Positions 11,940 through 21,363 of a stretch of 32,000 nucleotides of DNA are shown here, piece by piece; positions within the stretch are counted from its first letter, which is position 1; the number at the start of each line of letters is the position of its first letter. The notes beneath the pieces were generated by a model. That model ran no database searches and was not told where the DNA came from. It saw only the letters and a list, made by a program, of their open reading frames with translations. Source of the stretch: Delftia acidovorans NBRC 14950 (lineage in GTDB: Bacteria; Pseudomonadota; Gammaproteobacteria; Burkholderiales; Burkholderiaceae_C); assembly GCF_001598795.1 (NCBI RefSeq), contig NZ_BCZP01000001.1:30001-62000 (forward strand), in the 5' to 3' direction. The position numbers and the translations under genes are program-made.

Positions 11940-12629
11940 TCAGGCCTTGCCTGGATCGGGGTGCAAGACCTGCTGCTGCCCTGACTGTGGATCAGGGTCG
12001 AAGCAGGCACCAGGCGGCAACTCCATGCCGGGATTGACGCGAAAGCTGCCTGAGCGTGCCGGATGCAAGCCTGGGGCGCCATAGTTTTCGGGGCCTGTTT
12101 CATGGGCTTCCCTGGGGCGCATGCCGCTGCGAAGATAGCGGTTGCGCTGTTGCTCGCCCCGTGGCAGAAAGCGTGCCAGCTCGGTCAGGGCCATCTCGTA
12201 GACGCCGCGTTTGAACTCCACCACCACATCCAGTGGCACCCAGTAGTCATTCCAGCGCCAGGCGTCGAATTCGGGGTGGTCGGTGGCACGCAGGTTCAAA
12301 TCCCAGTCGTGACCCATGAGCTGCAGCAAATACCAGATCTGCTTCTGGCCTTTGTAGTGTCCGCGCGCATCGCGGCGGATGTACCGGTCTGGCACCTCGT
12401 AGCGCAACCAGTCCCGGGTGCGGGCGACCACGCGAACGTGGTTGGGCATCAACCCCACTTCCTCATGCAGTTCCCGGAACATGGCCTGTTCGGGTGTCTC
12501 CCCCCGGTCAATGCCGCCCTGTGGAAACTGCCAGCTGTGGGTGCGGATGCGCTTGCCCCAGAACACCTGGTTCTTTTGGTTGAGCAGGATGATGCCGACG
12601 TTCGGGCGAAATCCGTCCCGGTCAAGCAT
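11940..12629 (-). CDS. rppH: RNA pyrophosphohydrolase (Nudix)
   Basis: [17 protein letters not shown]... with Nudix box [23 protein letters not shown]; 229 aa from the ATG at 12627-12629. It has a ~65-aa Pro/Gly-rich C-terminal tail. The 834-aa ORF in the track is the same frame staying open antisense to proS. Confidence 0.9.
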   Translation of the reverse strand: MLDRDGFRPNVGIILLNQKNQVFWGKRIRTHSWQFPQGGIDRGETPEQAMFRELHEEVGLMPNHVRVVARTRDWLRYEVPDRYIRRDARGHYKGQKQIWYLLQLMGHDWDLNLRATDHPEFDAWRWNDYWVPLDVVVEFKRGVYEMALTELARFLPRGEQQRNRYLRSGMRPREAHETGPENYGAPGLHPARSGSFRVNPGMELPPGACFDPDPQSGQQQVLHPDPGKA

Positions 12630-12722
12630 AATCGAACCCCAATTTTCTGAATTGTGTCCATTATGCACGGTGCCTTGCCAGCGGCAAGCACGCTGCCCCG
12701 ATTCCCGCGAAGCCCCTGATCC

Positions 12723-14464
<1,742 letters not shown>

Positions 14465-14468
<4 letters not shown>

Positions 14469-15118
14469 GCCAGGCCCCCGTGATAGCGCGCCGCGATTGC
14501 CTGCGCCTGGCGGCTTCGCTAGGTGCTGCGCCGTTGCTGGGCGCGGTGGCCGCGCCCGCCTGGGCTGGCGGGCAGCTGGAAGAGCCGCTGGCCGATTCGG
14601 TGCGCACCGCGCTGAGTTCGGCCGTCACGGGATCGGCGCCGCCCGAGCTGCGCTTTGCCTCCACCGAGGCCCGCATGGACTACCTGCGCTGGCTCACGGC
14701 CAGCAGCGAGCGCCTGCGCTCGCGCAAGCCCGAACTTGCAACACGGCTGGAGTTCCTGCAGACCGTTTGGTACGAGGCCAAGCGCGCCGGCCTGGAAGTC
14801 TCGCTGGTGATGGGACTGGTGCAGGTGGAGAGCGCGTTCCGCAAGTTCGCCATATCCAGCGTGGGCGCGCGCGGCTATATGCAGATCATGCCGTTCTGGA
14901 TGCGGCTGATCGGCGATGGCGACATCGGCAAGCTGTTCCATATGCAGACCAATCTGCGCTTTGGCTGCGTCATCCTGCGCCACTATCTGGACCGTGAAAA
15001 CGGCGATGCCTACATGGCGCTGGGCCGCTACAACGGCAGCCGCGGCCAGCCCCAGTATCCGAATGCGGTGTTTGCTGCGCAGCGCCGCTGGGAGATCGAG
15101 CCCTCGCGCTCGGCATGA
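14465..15118 (+). CDS. Lytic transglycosylase (SLT domain), exported
   Basis: SLT catalytic region VQVESAF...GYMQIMP. The N-terminus [27 protein letters not shown] looks like a Tat/Sec signal. The GTG start overlaps the proS stop (GTGA). Confidence 0.8.
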
Positions 15119-15172
15119 GGGGGCGCAGACTGGCGCCTGGCGGCAGTCCTGCAGGCCTGCCTTGCTGCGTTT

Positions 15173-16546
15173 TCAGGACGACGTGTCCGGCGACATGCTG
15201 GACACCTTGGCCACGGCGGCGGCCGTGTCGCCTGCGTTGGGCGGGGCGGCCGGGCTGCTGCCGGACATGCGTGTGACCAGCACCTGGTCGATACGGTAGC
15301 TGTCCACGTCCATGACCTCGAAGCGGTAGCCGCCCCATTGCACGGTGTCCGTGCGCCTGGGAATGCGCCTAAGCATGACCATGAGGAAGCCCCCCAGGGT
15401 TTCGTAGTCCTCGGAATGCGGCAACTCGTCGAGCTCCAGGGCCTGCATCACATCCTCGACCGGCGTGACGCCATCGATCAGCCAGGAGTTCTCGTCGCGG
15501 CGCAGGATCTGTTCCTCGTCGCCGGGGCTGACGAGGCCGCCCATCACCGTGCTCATCACGTCATTGAGCGTGACCACGCCGACCACCAGGCTGTATTCGT
15601 TGACGATGACGGCAAAGTCCTCATGCACCTGGCGGAACTGCTCCAGCACCTCGGCCAGCGTCAGGCGGTCCGGCACGACCAGCACCTTGTGGACCAGCGA
15701 ATCGTCCATGAGCGACAGGGACTGGTTGTTCAGCGCGCGCTGGAACAGGTCCTTGGCATCGACATAGCCGACGATGTGGTCGATGTCGCCGTCGCAGACG
15801 GGGTAGGTGGAAAAAGGCTCCTCGGCAATGCGGACCCGGATCAGTTCATCGGGGTCGTCGCGGTGGAAGTAGGCGATGCGGTCGCGCTGCGTCATGGCCG
15901 AGCCGATGGTGCGCGAGTCCAGTTCGAACAGGTTGGCGATCACCTGCTGCTCCTTCGCGGCCAGCACGCCTGCGCGTGCGCCGGCTTCGGTCATGGCCAG
16001 GATGTCTTCGTGCGTGATGCGGTCATCGCGCACCGTGGGCAGGCCGAACAGCTTGGCAACGGCGTCGGCCAGGTGGTTGAAGCACCAGACCAGGGGCTTG
16101 AGCACGGCCATGCACCAGAGCATGGGGCGCAGCACGCGGATGGCCAGGGCCTCGGGCTCGGCCATGCTCAGGCGCTTGGGCAGCAGGTCGGCGAACAGAA
16201 TGAACAGGGAGGTGACGCTGGCGAACGAGAGCAGGAAGCCCACGGTCTGCGCACGGCTGTCAGGCAGCCAGAGCATCAGCAGCTCGGCCAGATAGGGGGT
16301 CAATGCCCCTTCGCCCACCACGCCGCCCAGGATGGCGACGGCATTGAGCCCAATCTGCGTGACCGTGAAATATTCGCCCGGCTGGGCCTGCATCTTCATG
16401 ACCAGTTCGGCGCGGGGTTCGCCGTCCTCCATCATCTGCCGCAGTCGCAGGCGCCGCGAGGCGGCCAGCGAGATCTCGGCCACGGAGAAGAAGGCACTGG
16501 TCAATATCAGCGCGACGATCAACAGCAGACTTTGGGACAGACTCAT
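15173..16546 (-). CDS. CNNM/TlyC-family membrane protein (DUF21 + CBS pair + CorC_HlyC)
   Basis: From the ATG at 16544-16546 (MSLSQSLLLIVALILTSAFFSVAEISLA). It has an N-terminal 4-TM DUF21-like region, a CBS-pair region and a C-terminal transporter-associated domain; 457 aa. Confidence 0.85.
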   Translation of the reverse strand: MSLSQSLLLIVALILTSAFFSVAEISLAASRRLRLRQMMEDGEPRAELVMKMQAQPGEYFTVTQIGLNAVAILGGVVGEGALTPYLAELLMLWLPDSRAQTVGFLLSFASVTSLFILFADLLPKRLSMAEPEALAIRVLRPMLWCMAVLKPLVWCFNHLADAVAKLFGLPTVRDDRITHEDILAMTEAGARAGVLAAKEQQVIANLFELDSRTIGSAMTQRDRIAYFHRDDPDELIRVRIAEEPFSTYPVCDGDIDHIVGYVDAKDLFQRALNNQSLSLMDDSLVHKVLVVPDRLTLAEVLEQFRQVHEDFAVIVNEYSLVVGVVTLNDVMSTVMGGLVSPGDEEQILRRDENSWLIDGVTPVEDVMQALELDELPHSEDYETLGGFLMVMLRRIPRRTDTVQWGGYRFEVMDVDSYRIDQVLVTRMSGSSPAAPPNAGDTAAAVAKVSSMSPDTSS

Positions 16547-16673
16547 AGGCAGGGCGGAGAAGCGGGCGCAGGCGCGCTTTTCCGGATGTGAAAGATGTGA
16601 CCATTCGACCACACATCGCATGCCCCTGGCCCTGAGGCATGCCCGGGGAGTCCGCCGGCAGCGCGGCACAGGC

Positions 16674-16698
16674 GAAAAAAAGCCACCCGAAGGTGGCT
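16674..16698 (-). terminator. Rho-independent terminator after grxD
   Basis: The minus strand reads GAGCCACC ttcg GGTGGCTTTTTTT. Confidence 0.7.
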
Positions 16699-16733
16699 CG
16701 ATGCTGCGCCGAAGGCGCGTGGTGCGATAAGGC

Positions 16734-17057
16734 TCAGGCCTTGGGTGCCAGCAGCTGCTGCAGCTCGCCCGACTCGTACATCTCCATCATGATGTCCGAG
16801 CCGCCGATGAACTCGCCCTGCACGTAGAGCTGGGGGATCGTGGGCCAGTTGCTGTAGTCCTTGATGCCCTGGCGGATTTCCTGGTCTTCCAGCACGTTGA
16901 CGGTGGAGATGTCCTTGGTTTCCACGCCGCAGGCCTTGAGGATCTGGATGGCGCGGCCAGAGAAACCGCACATGGGAAAGCTGGCGCTGCCCTTCATGAA
17001 CAGCAGGATGTTGTTGCTCTTGACCAGTTGGTCGATGCGTTGCTGGGTGTCGCTCAT
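16734..17057 (-). CDS. grxD: Monothiol glutaredoxin (Grx4 family)
   Basis: CGFS active site in FMKGSASFPMCGFSGRA, plus WPTIPQLYVQGEFIGG; 107 aa from the ATG at 17055-17057, with GGAG 10 nt upstream. Confidence 0.9.
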   Translation of the reverse strand: MSDTQQRIDQLVKSNNILLFMKGSASFPMCGFSGRAIQILKACGVETKDISTVNVLEDQEIRQGIKDYSNWPTIPQLYVQGEFIGGSDIMMEMYESGELQQLLAPKA

Positions 17058-17112
17058 CTTTGTGGTGCTCCGGGGTCGTGGTGGGCGCCGCAGGCGCGGC
17101 GGCATGGATGGG

Positions 17113-17141
17113 ATTATTTCACTCTCGGCGCGGACTTTGAA
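17113..17141 (-). promoter_or_regulatory. Candidate sigma70 promoter for grxD
   Basis: On the minus strand, TTCAAA (17141-17136), a 17-nt spacer, then AATAAT (17118-17113), about 55 nt upstream of the grxD ATG. Hand-called. Confidence 0.35.
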
Positions 17142-17173
17142 AGCATGCGGGATTGCTGCGCTCAGGTCAGAGC

Positions 17174-18031
17174 TCAGGCCTGCCCTTGCCATTGCCCGCC
17201 CGTGCAGCGGGCAATGCCGCCCAGGTCGTGGCGATGCTGCACGTCGCCAAAGCCAGCATGGCACAGCAGGGCGGCCACGGCATCGGCCTGGTCCCAGCCA
17301 TGCTCCATCAGCAGCCAGCCGCCGCTGGCCAGCAGCGCGGGCGCCTGGGCGATGATGGCGCGGATATCGGCCAGGCCATCGGCACCGCTGGCCAGCGCCG
17401 ACAGCGGCTCATGCGCCAAGGCCAACAGGTGCGGATCGTCATCACGGATGTAGGGCGGGTTGCTGACGATGAGGTCGAACGGTGCCTGCCCTGCCAGCGG
17501 CTGGAGCCAGCTGCCATGCGCGAACTGCACGCCCAGTTGCAGGCGCGTGGCATTGGCGCTGGCCACGGCCAGTGCGTCGGCGCTGGCATCCACGGCCCAG
17601 ACCGTGGCGCCGGGGCGCTGGCTTTGCAGGGCCAGGGCTATGGCGCCGCTGCCGGTGCCCAGGTCCACCACGCGGCAAGCGGGGCCTGCCTGGGTCTGGA
17701 TGGGCATGAGCTCCAGCGCCCAGTCCACCAGGGTCTCGGTATCGGGGCGTGGGTCGAGCACACGCGCGTCCACGGCCAGATCGAGCCCGTAGAACTCCTT
17801 GTGGCCGAGCAGGTAGGCAACGGGTTCCGCGCCAAGGCGGCGTGCGCACAGCGCGGCATAGGCCTCGGCCTGGGGGGCGGTCAGCATGTCCTCGTCATGG
17901 GTCAGCAGCCAGGCGCGGCCGCCAGACTGGCGCCTGAGCACGTGCAGCAGCAGCATTTGCGCATCGATGCGCGCAAGCCCCAGGGCCTGGGCCTGCTGCA
18001 GCGCTTCTTTGACGATGGGTGGATTGGCCAT
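17174..18031 (-). CDS. prmC: Release-factor glutamine N5-methyltransferase
   Basis: NPPY motif (VSNPPYI), SAM-binding VVDLGTGSGAI, and a position directly downstream of prfA. The start MANPPIVKEAL is at 18029-18031. Confidence 0.9.
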   Translation of the reverse strand: MANPPIVKEALQQAQALGLARIDAQMLLLHVLRRQSGGRAWLLTHDEDMLTAPQAEAYAALCARRLGAEPVAYLLGHKEFYGLDLAVDARVLDPRPDTETLVDWALELMPIQTQAGPACRVVDLGTGSGAIALALQSQRPGATVWAVDASADALAVASANATRLQLGVQFAHGSWLQPLAGQAPFDLIVSNPPYIRDDDPHLLALAHEPLSALASGADGLADIRAIIAQAPALLASGGWLLMEHGWDQADAVAALLCHAGFGDVQHRHDLGGIARCTGGQWQGQA

Positions 18032-18041
18032 GGCCCGGGCC

Positions 18042-19124
18042 TCAGTTGTTGACCTGCAGCTCGGCCAGCAGTTCGGCCTCGCGTGCGGCCTGCAACGCGT
18101 CGAGCACATCGCCCAGGTCGCCTTCCATCACGGCCAGCAGTTTGTAGATGGTGAGGTTGATGCGGTGGTCCGTGAGCCGGCCCTGCGGGAAGTTGTAGGT
18201 GCGGATGCGGTCGCTGCGGTCGCCGCTGCCGATCAGGCCCTTGCGCAGTGCGGCCTCCTTGGCTTCGCGCTCGCTGCGTTCCTTCTCCTGCAGGCGCGCC
18301 TGCAGCACCTGCAGGGCCTTGGCCTTGTTGCTGTGCTGGCTGCGGCCGTCCTGGCACTCGGCGACGATGCCCGTGGGCAGGTGGACCACACGCACGGCCG
18401 AGTCGGTCTTGTTGATGTGCTGGCCGCCGGCGCCGCTGGCGCGGAAGGTGTCGATGCGCAGGTCGGCCGGGTTGAGCGTGATGGCCTGGGTTTCGTCCGG
18501 CTCGGGCATGACGGCCACGGTGCAGGCGCTGGTGTGGATGCGGCCCTGGGTCTCGGTGGCCGGCACGCGCTGCACGCGGTGGCCGCCGGATTCGAAGCGC
18601 AGGCGACCGTAGACATCCGTGCCTTCCACGCGCAGCACCACTTCCTTGTAGCCGCCCAGCTCGCTCTCGTTGGCGCTCATGATCTCGACCTTCCAGCCCA
18701 CCGCGTCGCAGTGGCGCGTGTACATGCGGGCCAGGTCGCCTGCGAACAGGGCCGATTCGTCGCCGCCCGTGCCTGCGCGGATTTCGAGGTAGGCGTTGCG
18801 CGCGTCATCGGGGTCCTTGGGCAGCAGCAGGCGCTGCAGCTCGTCCTCAAGCTGGACCAGCTCGGCCTCGGCGCTGGCGATTTCCTCCTGCGCCATGTCG
18901 GCCATGTCGGGGTCGGAGAGCATGTCCTGCGCGGCGGCCAGATCGGCCTCGCGCTGGCGGTGGCGCGCATAGCGGCCTGCAATGGCGGTGACGTCCGCGT
19001 GCTCGCGCGAGATGGCGCGGTACTGCTTCATGTCGCCCATGATGTCTTCGCGCGAAAGCAGGAAGTTGAGTTCTTCAAGGCGCTGGGCGTAGCGCTCCAG
19101 TTGTTGGCGCAGAAAGTCTTGCAT
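18042..19124 (-). CDS. prfA: Peptide chain release factor 1
   Basis: GGQ motif [13 protein letters not shown] and the RF1-specific PAT tripeptide (VPATETQGR); 360 aa. Confidence 0.95.
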   Translation of the reverse strand: MQDFLRQQLERYAQRLEELNFLLSREDIMGDMKQYRAISREHADVTAIAGRYARHRQREADLAAAQDMLSDPDMADMAQEEIASAEAELVQLEDELQRLLLPKDPDDARNAYLEIRAGTGGDESALFAGDLARMYTRHCDAVGWKVEIMSANESELGGYKEVVLRVEGTDVYGRLRFESGGHRVQRVPATETQGRIHTSACTVAVMPEPDETQAITLNPADLRIDTFRASGAGGQHINKTDSAVRVVHLPTGIVAECQDGRSQHSNKAKALQVLQARLQEKERSEREAKEAALRKGLIGSGDRSDRIRTYNFPQGRLTDHRINLTIYKLLAVMEGDLGDVLDALQAAREAELLAELQVNN

Positions 19125-19298
19125 GGTGTGGGGCGGTGGTGCGAAGGGCTGCTCGGGGCAGCACTGCGGCGGGAAACGTGGGGGCCTGGAAGGGCAGATG
19201 GGCCGTAAAAACCGGGAGGGGCGGGGAGGGGCCGCAAGTGCGGCCGGGGCGCCACAGGCCCGCTGGCGCGCGGCCCTGCGCAGGGGCGGCGAGCGCCG

Positions 19299-20624
19299 CT
19301 AGAGCGCCTTGTCGGGGGCCGTGCCGCGCGGGCCACTTTGGGCCGAGCGCAGGAACAGGCGCGAGACCGTGTCCATGGTCTGGCTGCGCTGGTCGGCATC
19401 GCCCTTGTGCAGTTCGGCCAGGGTGCCGTGCAGCATTTTCTGCGTGAGGCCGCGCGACAGGGCCTCCAGCACGGTGTCGATGTCTTCGCCCTTGGCCAGC
19501 AGCTTCTTGGCGCGCGCAATCTCCAGCGCACGCCATTCATCGGTCTGGGTGTTGAGCTGGCGGATCAGCGGCACAACGCCGGCCTGCGGGCGGCGCTGGT
19601 CCAGCCAGTGCATGAAGCTTTGCACGCCGTGGTCGATGATGACTTCGGCCTGCTCGACCGCTGCCTGGCGCTGGGCCTGGCCCGTGCGCACCACGGTGGC
19701 CAGGTCGTCCACGGTGTAGAGGTAGACGTCGCGCAGGTCCTTGACCTCGGATTCGATATCGCGCGGCACGGCCAGATCGACCATGAACATGGGGCGGTGC
19801 TTGCGCTTCTTGAGCGCGCTTTCCACGGCGCCCAGGCCGATGATGGGCAGGCTGGACGCCGTGCAGCTGATCACGGCATCGTATTCATGCAGATGGTCGG
19901 GCAGGTCGGCCAGCCGCATGGTGCCGGCGCCGAACTGGGCAGCCAGCTTCTCGCCGCGCTCCAGCGTGCGGTTGGCGATCATGATCTGCTTGGGGTGGCG
20001 GGCCGCGAAATGGGTGGAGACCAGCTCGATCATCTCGCCCGCGCCCACGAACAGCACGCGGATCTGGGACAGGTCTTCGAACAGCTGGCCGGCCAGCCGC
20101 ACGGCGGCAGCGGCCATGCTGATGCTGTGGGCGCCGATCTCGGTGGAGCTGCGCACTTCCTTGGCCACCGCGAAGCTGCGCTGGAACAGCTGGTTCAGCG
20201 TGCTGCCCAGGGCGCCTGCGTTCTCTGCGGCGCGCACGGCATTCTTCATCTGGCCCAGGATCTGGGCCTCGCCCAGCACCATGGAATCGAGTCCGCTGGC
20301 CACGCGGAAGGCATGACGCGCCACATGGCCGTCTTCCAGCAGATAGGAGTGCGAGCGCAGCAATTCGGACGAAATACCGCCGCTGTTGGCCAGCCAGTGC
20401 AGGGTATGGTCCATGGCCGGCATTTCGGCCGCGCAGTAGATCTCGGTACGGTTGCAGGTGGAGAGAATGGCGGTCTCGACGGCGCTGTGCTGGCGGCCGG
20501 GGCCGGTCAGCGATTCGCGCAGACCCTGCAGCGTGGGCACGATCTGGTCAAGCGCGAACGCGAAACGTCCCCGCATATCAAGCGGAGCCGTGTGGTGGTT
20601 GATGCCGAGTGCCCAGACTGCCAT
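19299..20624 (-). CDS. hemA: Glutamyl-tRNA reductase
   Basis: [14 protein letters not shown]..., catalytic Cys in STCNRTE, and the NADPH-binding fold VGAGEM. The hemA-prfA-prmC order is conserved. Confidence 0.95.
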   Translation of the reverse strand: MAVWALGINHHTAPLDMRGRFAFALDQIVPTLQGLRESLTGPGRQHSAVETAILSTCNRTEIYCAAEMPAMDHTLHWLANSGGISSELLRSHSYLLEDGHVARHAFRVASGLDSMVLGEAQILGQMKNAVRAAENAGALGSTLNQLFQRSFAVAKEVRSSTEIGAHSISMAAAAVRLAGQLFEDLSQIRVLFVGAGEMIELVSTHFAARHPKQIMIANRTLERGEKLAAQFGAGTMRLADLPDHLHEYDAVISCTASSLPIIGLGAVESALKKRKHRPMFMVDLAVPRDIESEVKDLRDVYLYTVDDLATVVRTGQAQRQAAVEQAEVIIDHGVQSFMHWLDQRRPQAGVVPLIRQLNTQTDEWRALEIARAKKLLAKGEDIDTVLEALSRGLTQKMLHGTLAELHKGDADQRSQTMDTVSRLFLRSAQSGPRGTAPDKAL

Positions 20625-20696
20625 AACCCGGGATTATAAAATTTCGCGCAGTTTCAGGCATCCCTGATCACAACACCCTGGAATCGGAGCCCGCAC

Positions 20697-20972
20697 ATGG
20701 GATGGATTGCGAGTACGAATCATTGGCTGAACTTCCTGGCGCCTGCACTTTTCCTGTCGCCGGCCCTGATGTTGTGCGCGCTTTTGATCTATGGGAAATC
20801 GCAGCAATCCCTGGCCTGGTGGTTGCAGGTTGCTATCAATTTCATTGTTGGCGCGCTGGTGCTGCTGGCGGGCCTGTGGTGGTTCGGGCGCGATGCAAAG
20901 ATGGCCACCTACGCCGCGCTGGTCGTGGTGATGGCGCTTTGCCAGTGGGTGTTTTCACGAGGCTGGCGCTGA
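20697..20972 (+). CDS. Small hypothetical membrane protein (about 3 TM helices)
   Basis: 91 aa with three clear hydrophobic stretches and W-rich boundaries. GGAG lies about 9 nt before the ATG. The overlapping 139-aa frame (20702) is Arg/Ala/Gly-rich junk. I recognise no family. Confidence 0.5.
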   Translation: MGWIASTNHWLNFLAPALFLSPALMLCALLIYGKSQQSLAWWLQVAINFIVGALVLLAGLWWFGRDAKMATYAALVVVMALCQWVFSRGWR

Positions 20973-21363
20973 TCAGCGAGACCAAACCCCGACACAGAAG
21001 ATTGATCCAGATCAACGGATCCGTGGGGCGGCCGGCCATGCGCCCGCAGCCACTTTGCCGGGTCCATGGCGCAGCACTGCAGGCCCGGAGCATTCCTAGA
21101 GTTATTTTCAGAGCAGTCTGATAGATTTTCTTGCGCCGCTCATTGATTATCGAAAGCCTTTTTCTATCGATGAGTGGCGCTAGGCGCACAGTAGCGCACG
21201 CTTGCTGCACATCAGCAGCTCTTCTATCTGCCATCCCCGCATCGTCTCTCCCGAATTCGGTAGTGCCAGGCTGTACTGGGTGGATGGGCAAATGCCGCAC
21301 TGCGGGGCGCAGCCTCTCATCGATGGATTCCTTTTGGATCTGAATCGACTCATGGGAGGGTCA

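Noticed and set aside
15119-15172. Short stems (GGCGC...GCGCC and GTCCTG...CAGGAC) between the convergent SLT and CNNM genes
   Set aside because: The stems are only 5-6 bp, have long or irregular loops and lack U-tracts. They are too weak to call a terminator.
17886-20639. 440-aa (17886-19208) and 433-aa (19338-20639) plus-strand ORFs
   Set aside because: They are antisense to prfA and hemA, which carry unambiguous family motifs. The translations are Ala/Gly/Leu/His-rich with no recognisable domains.
20702-21121. 139-aa ORF overlapping the 91-aa membrane ORF
   Set aside because: It is an off-frame translation that is Arg/Ala/Gly-rich, whereas the 20697 frame gives coherent TM helices and has a GGAG upstream.
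21131-21343. 70-aa TTG-initiated ORF in the spacer upstream of the surface-protein gene
   Set aside because: It has no SD, a non-ATG start and no motifs, and it lies in a region more plausibly regulatory. I cannot support it as a gene or leader peptide.
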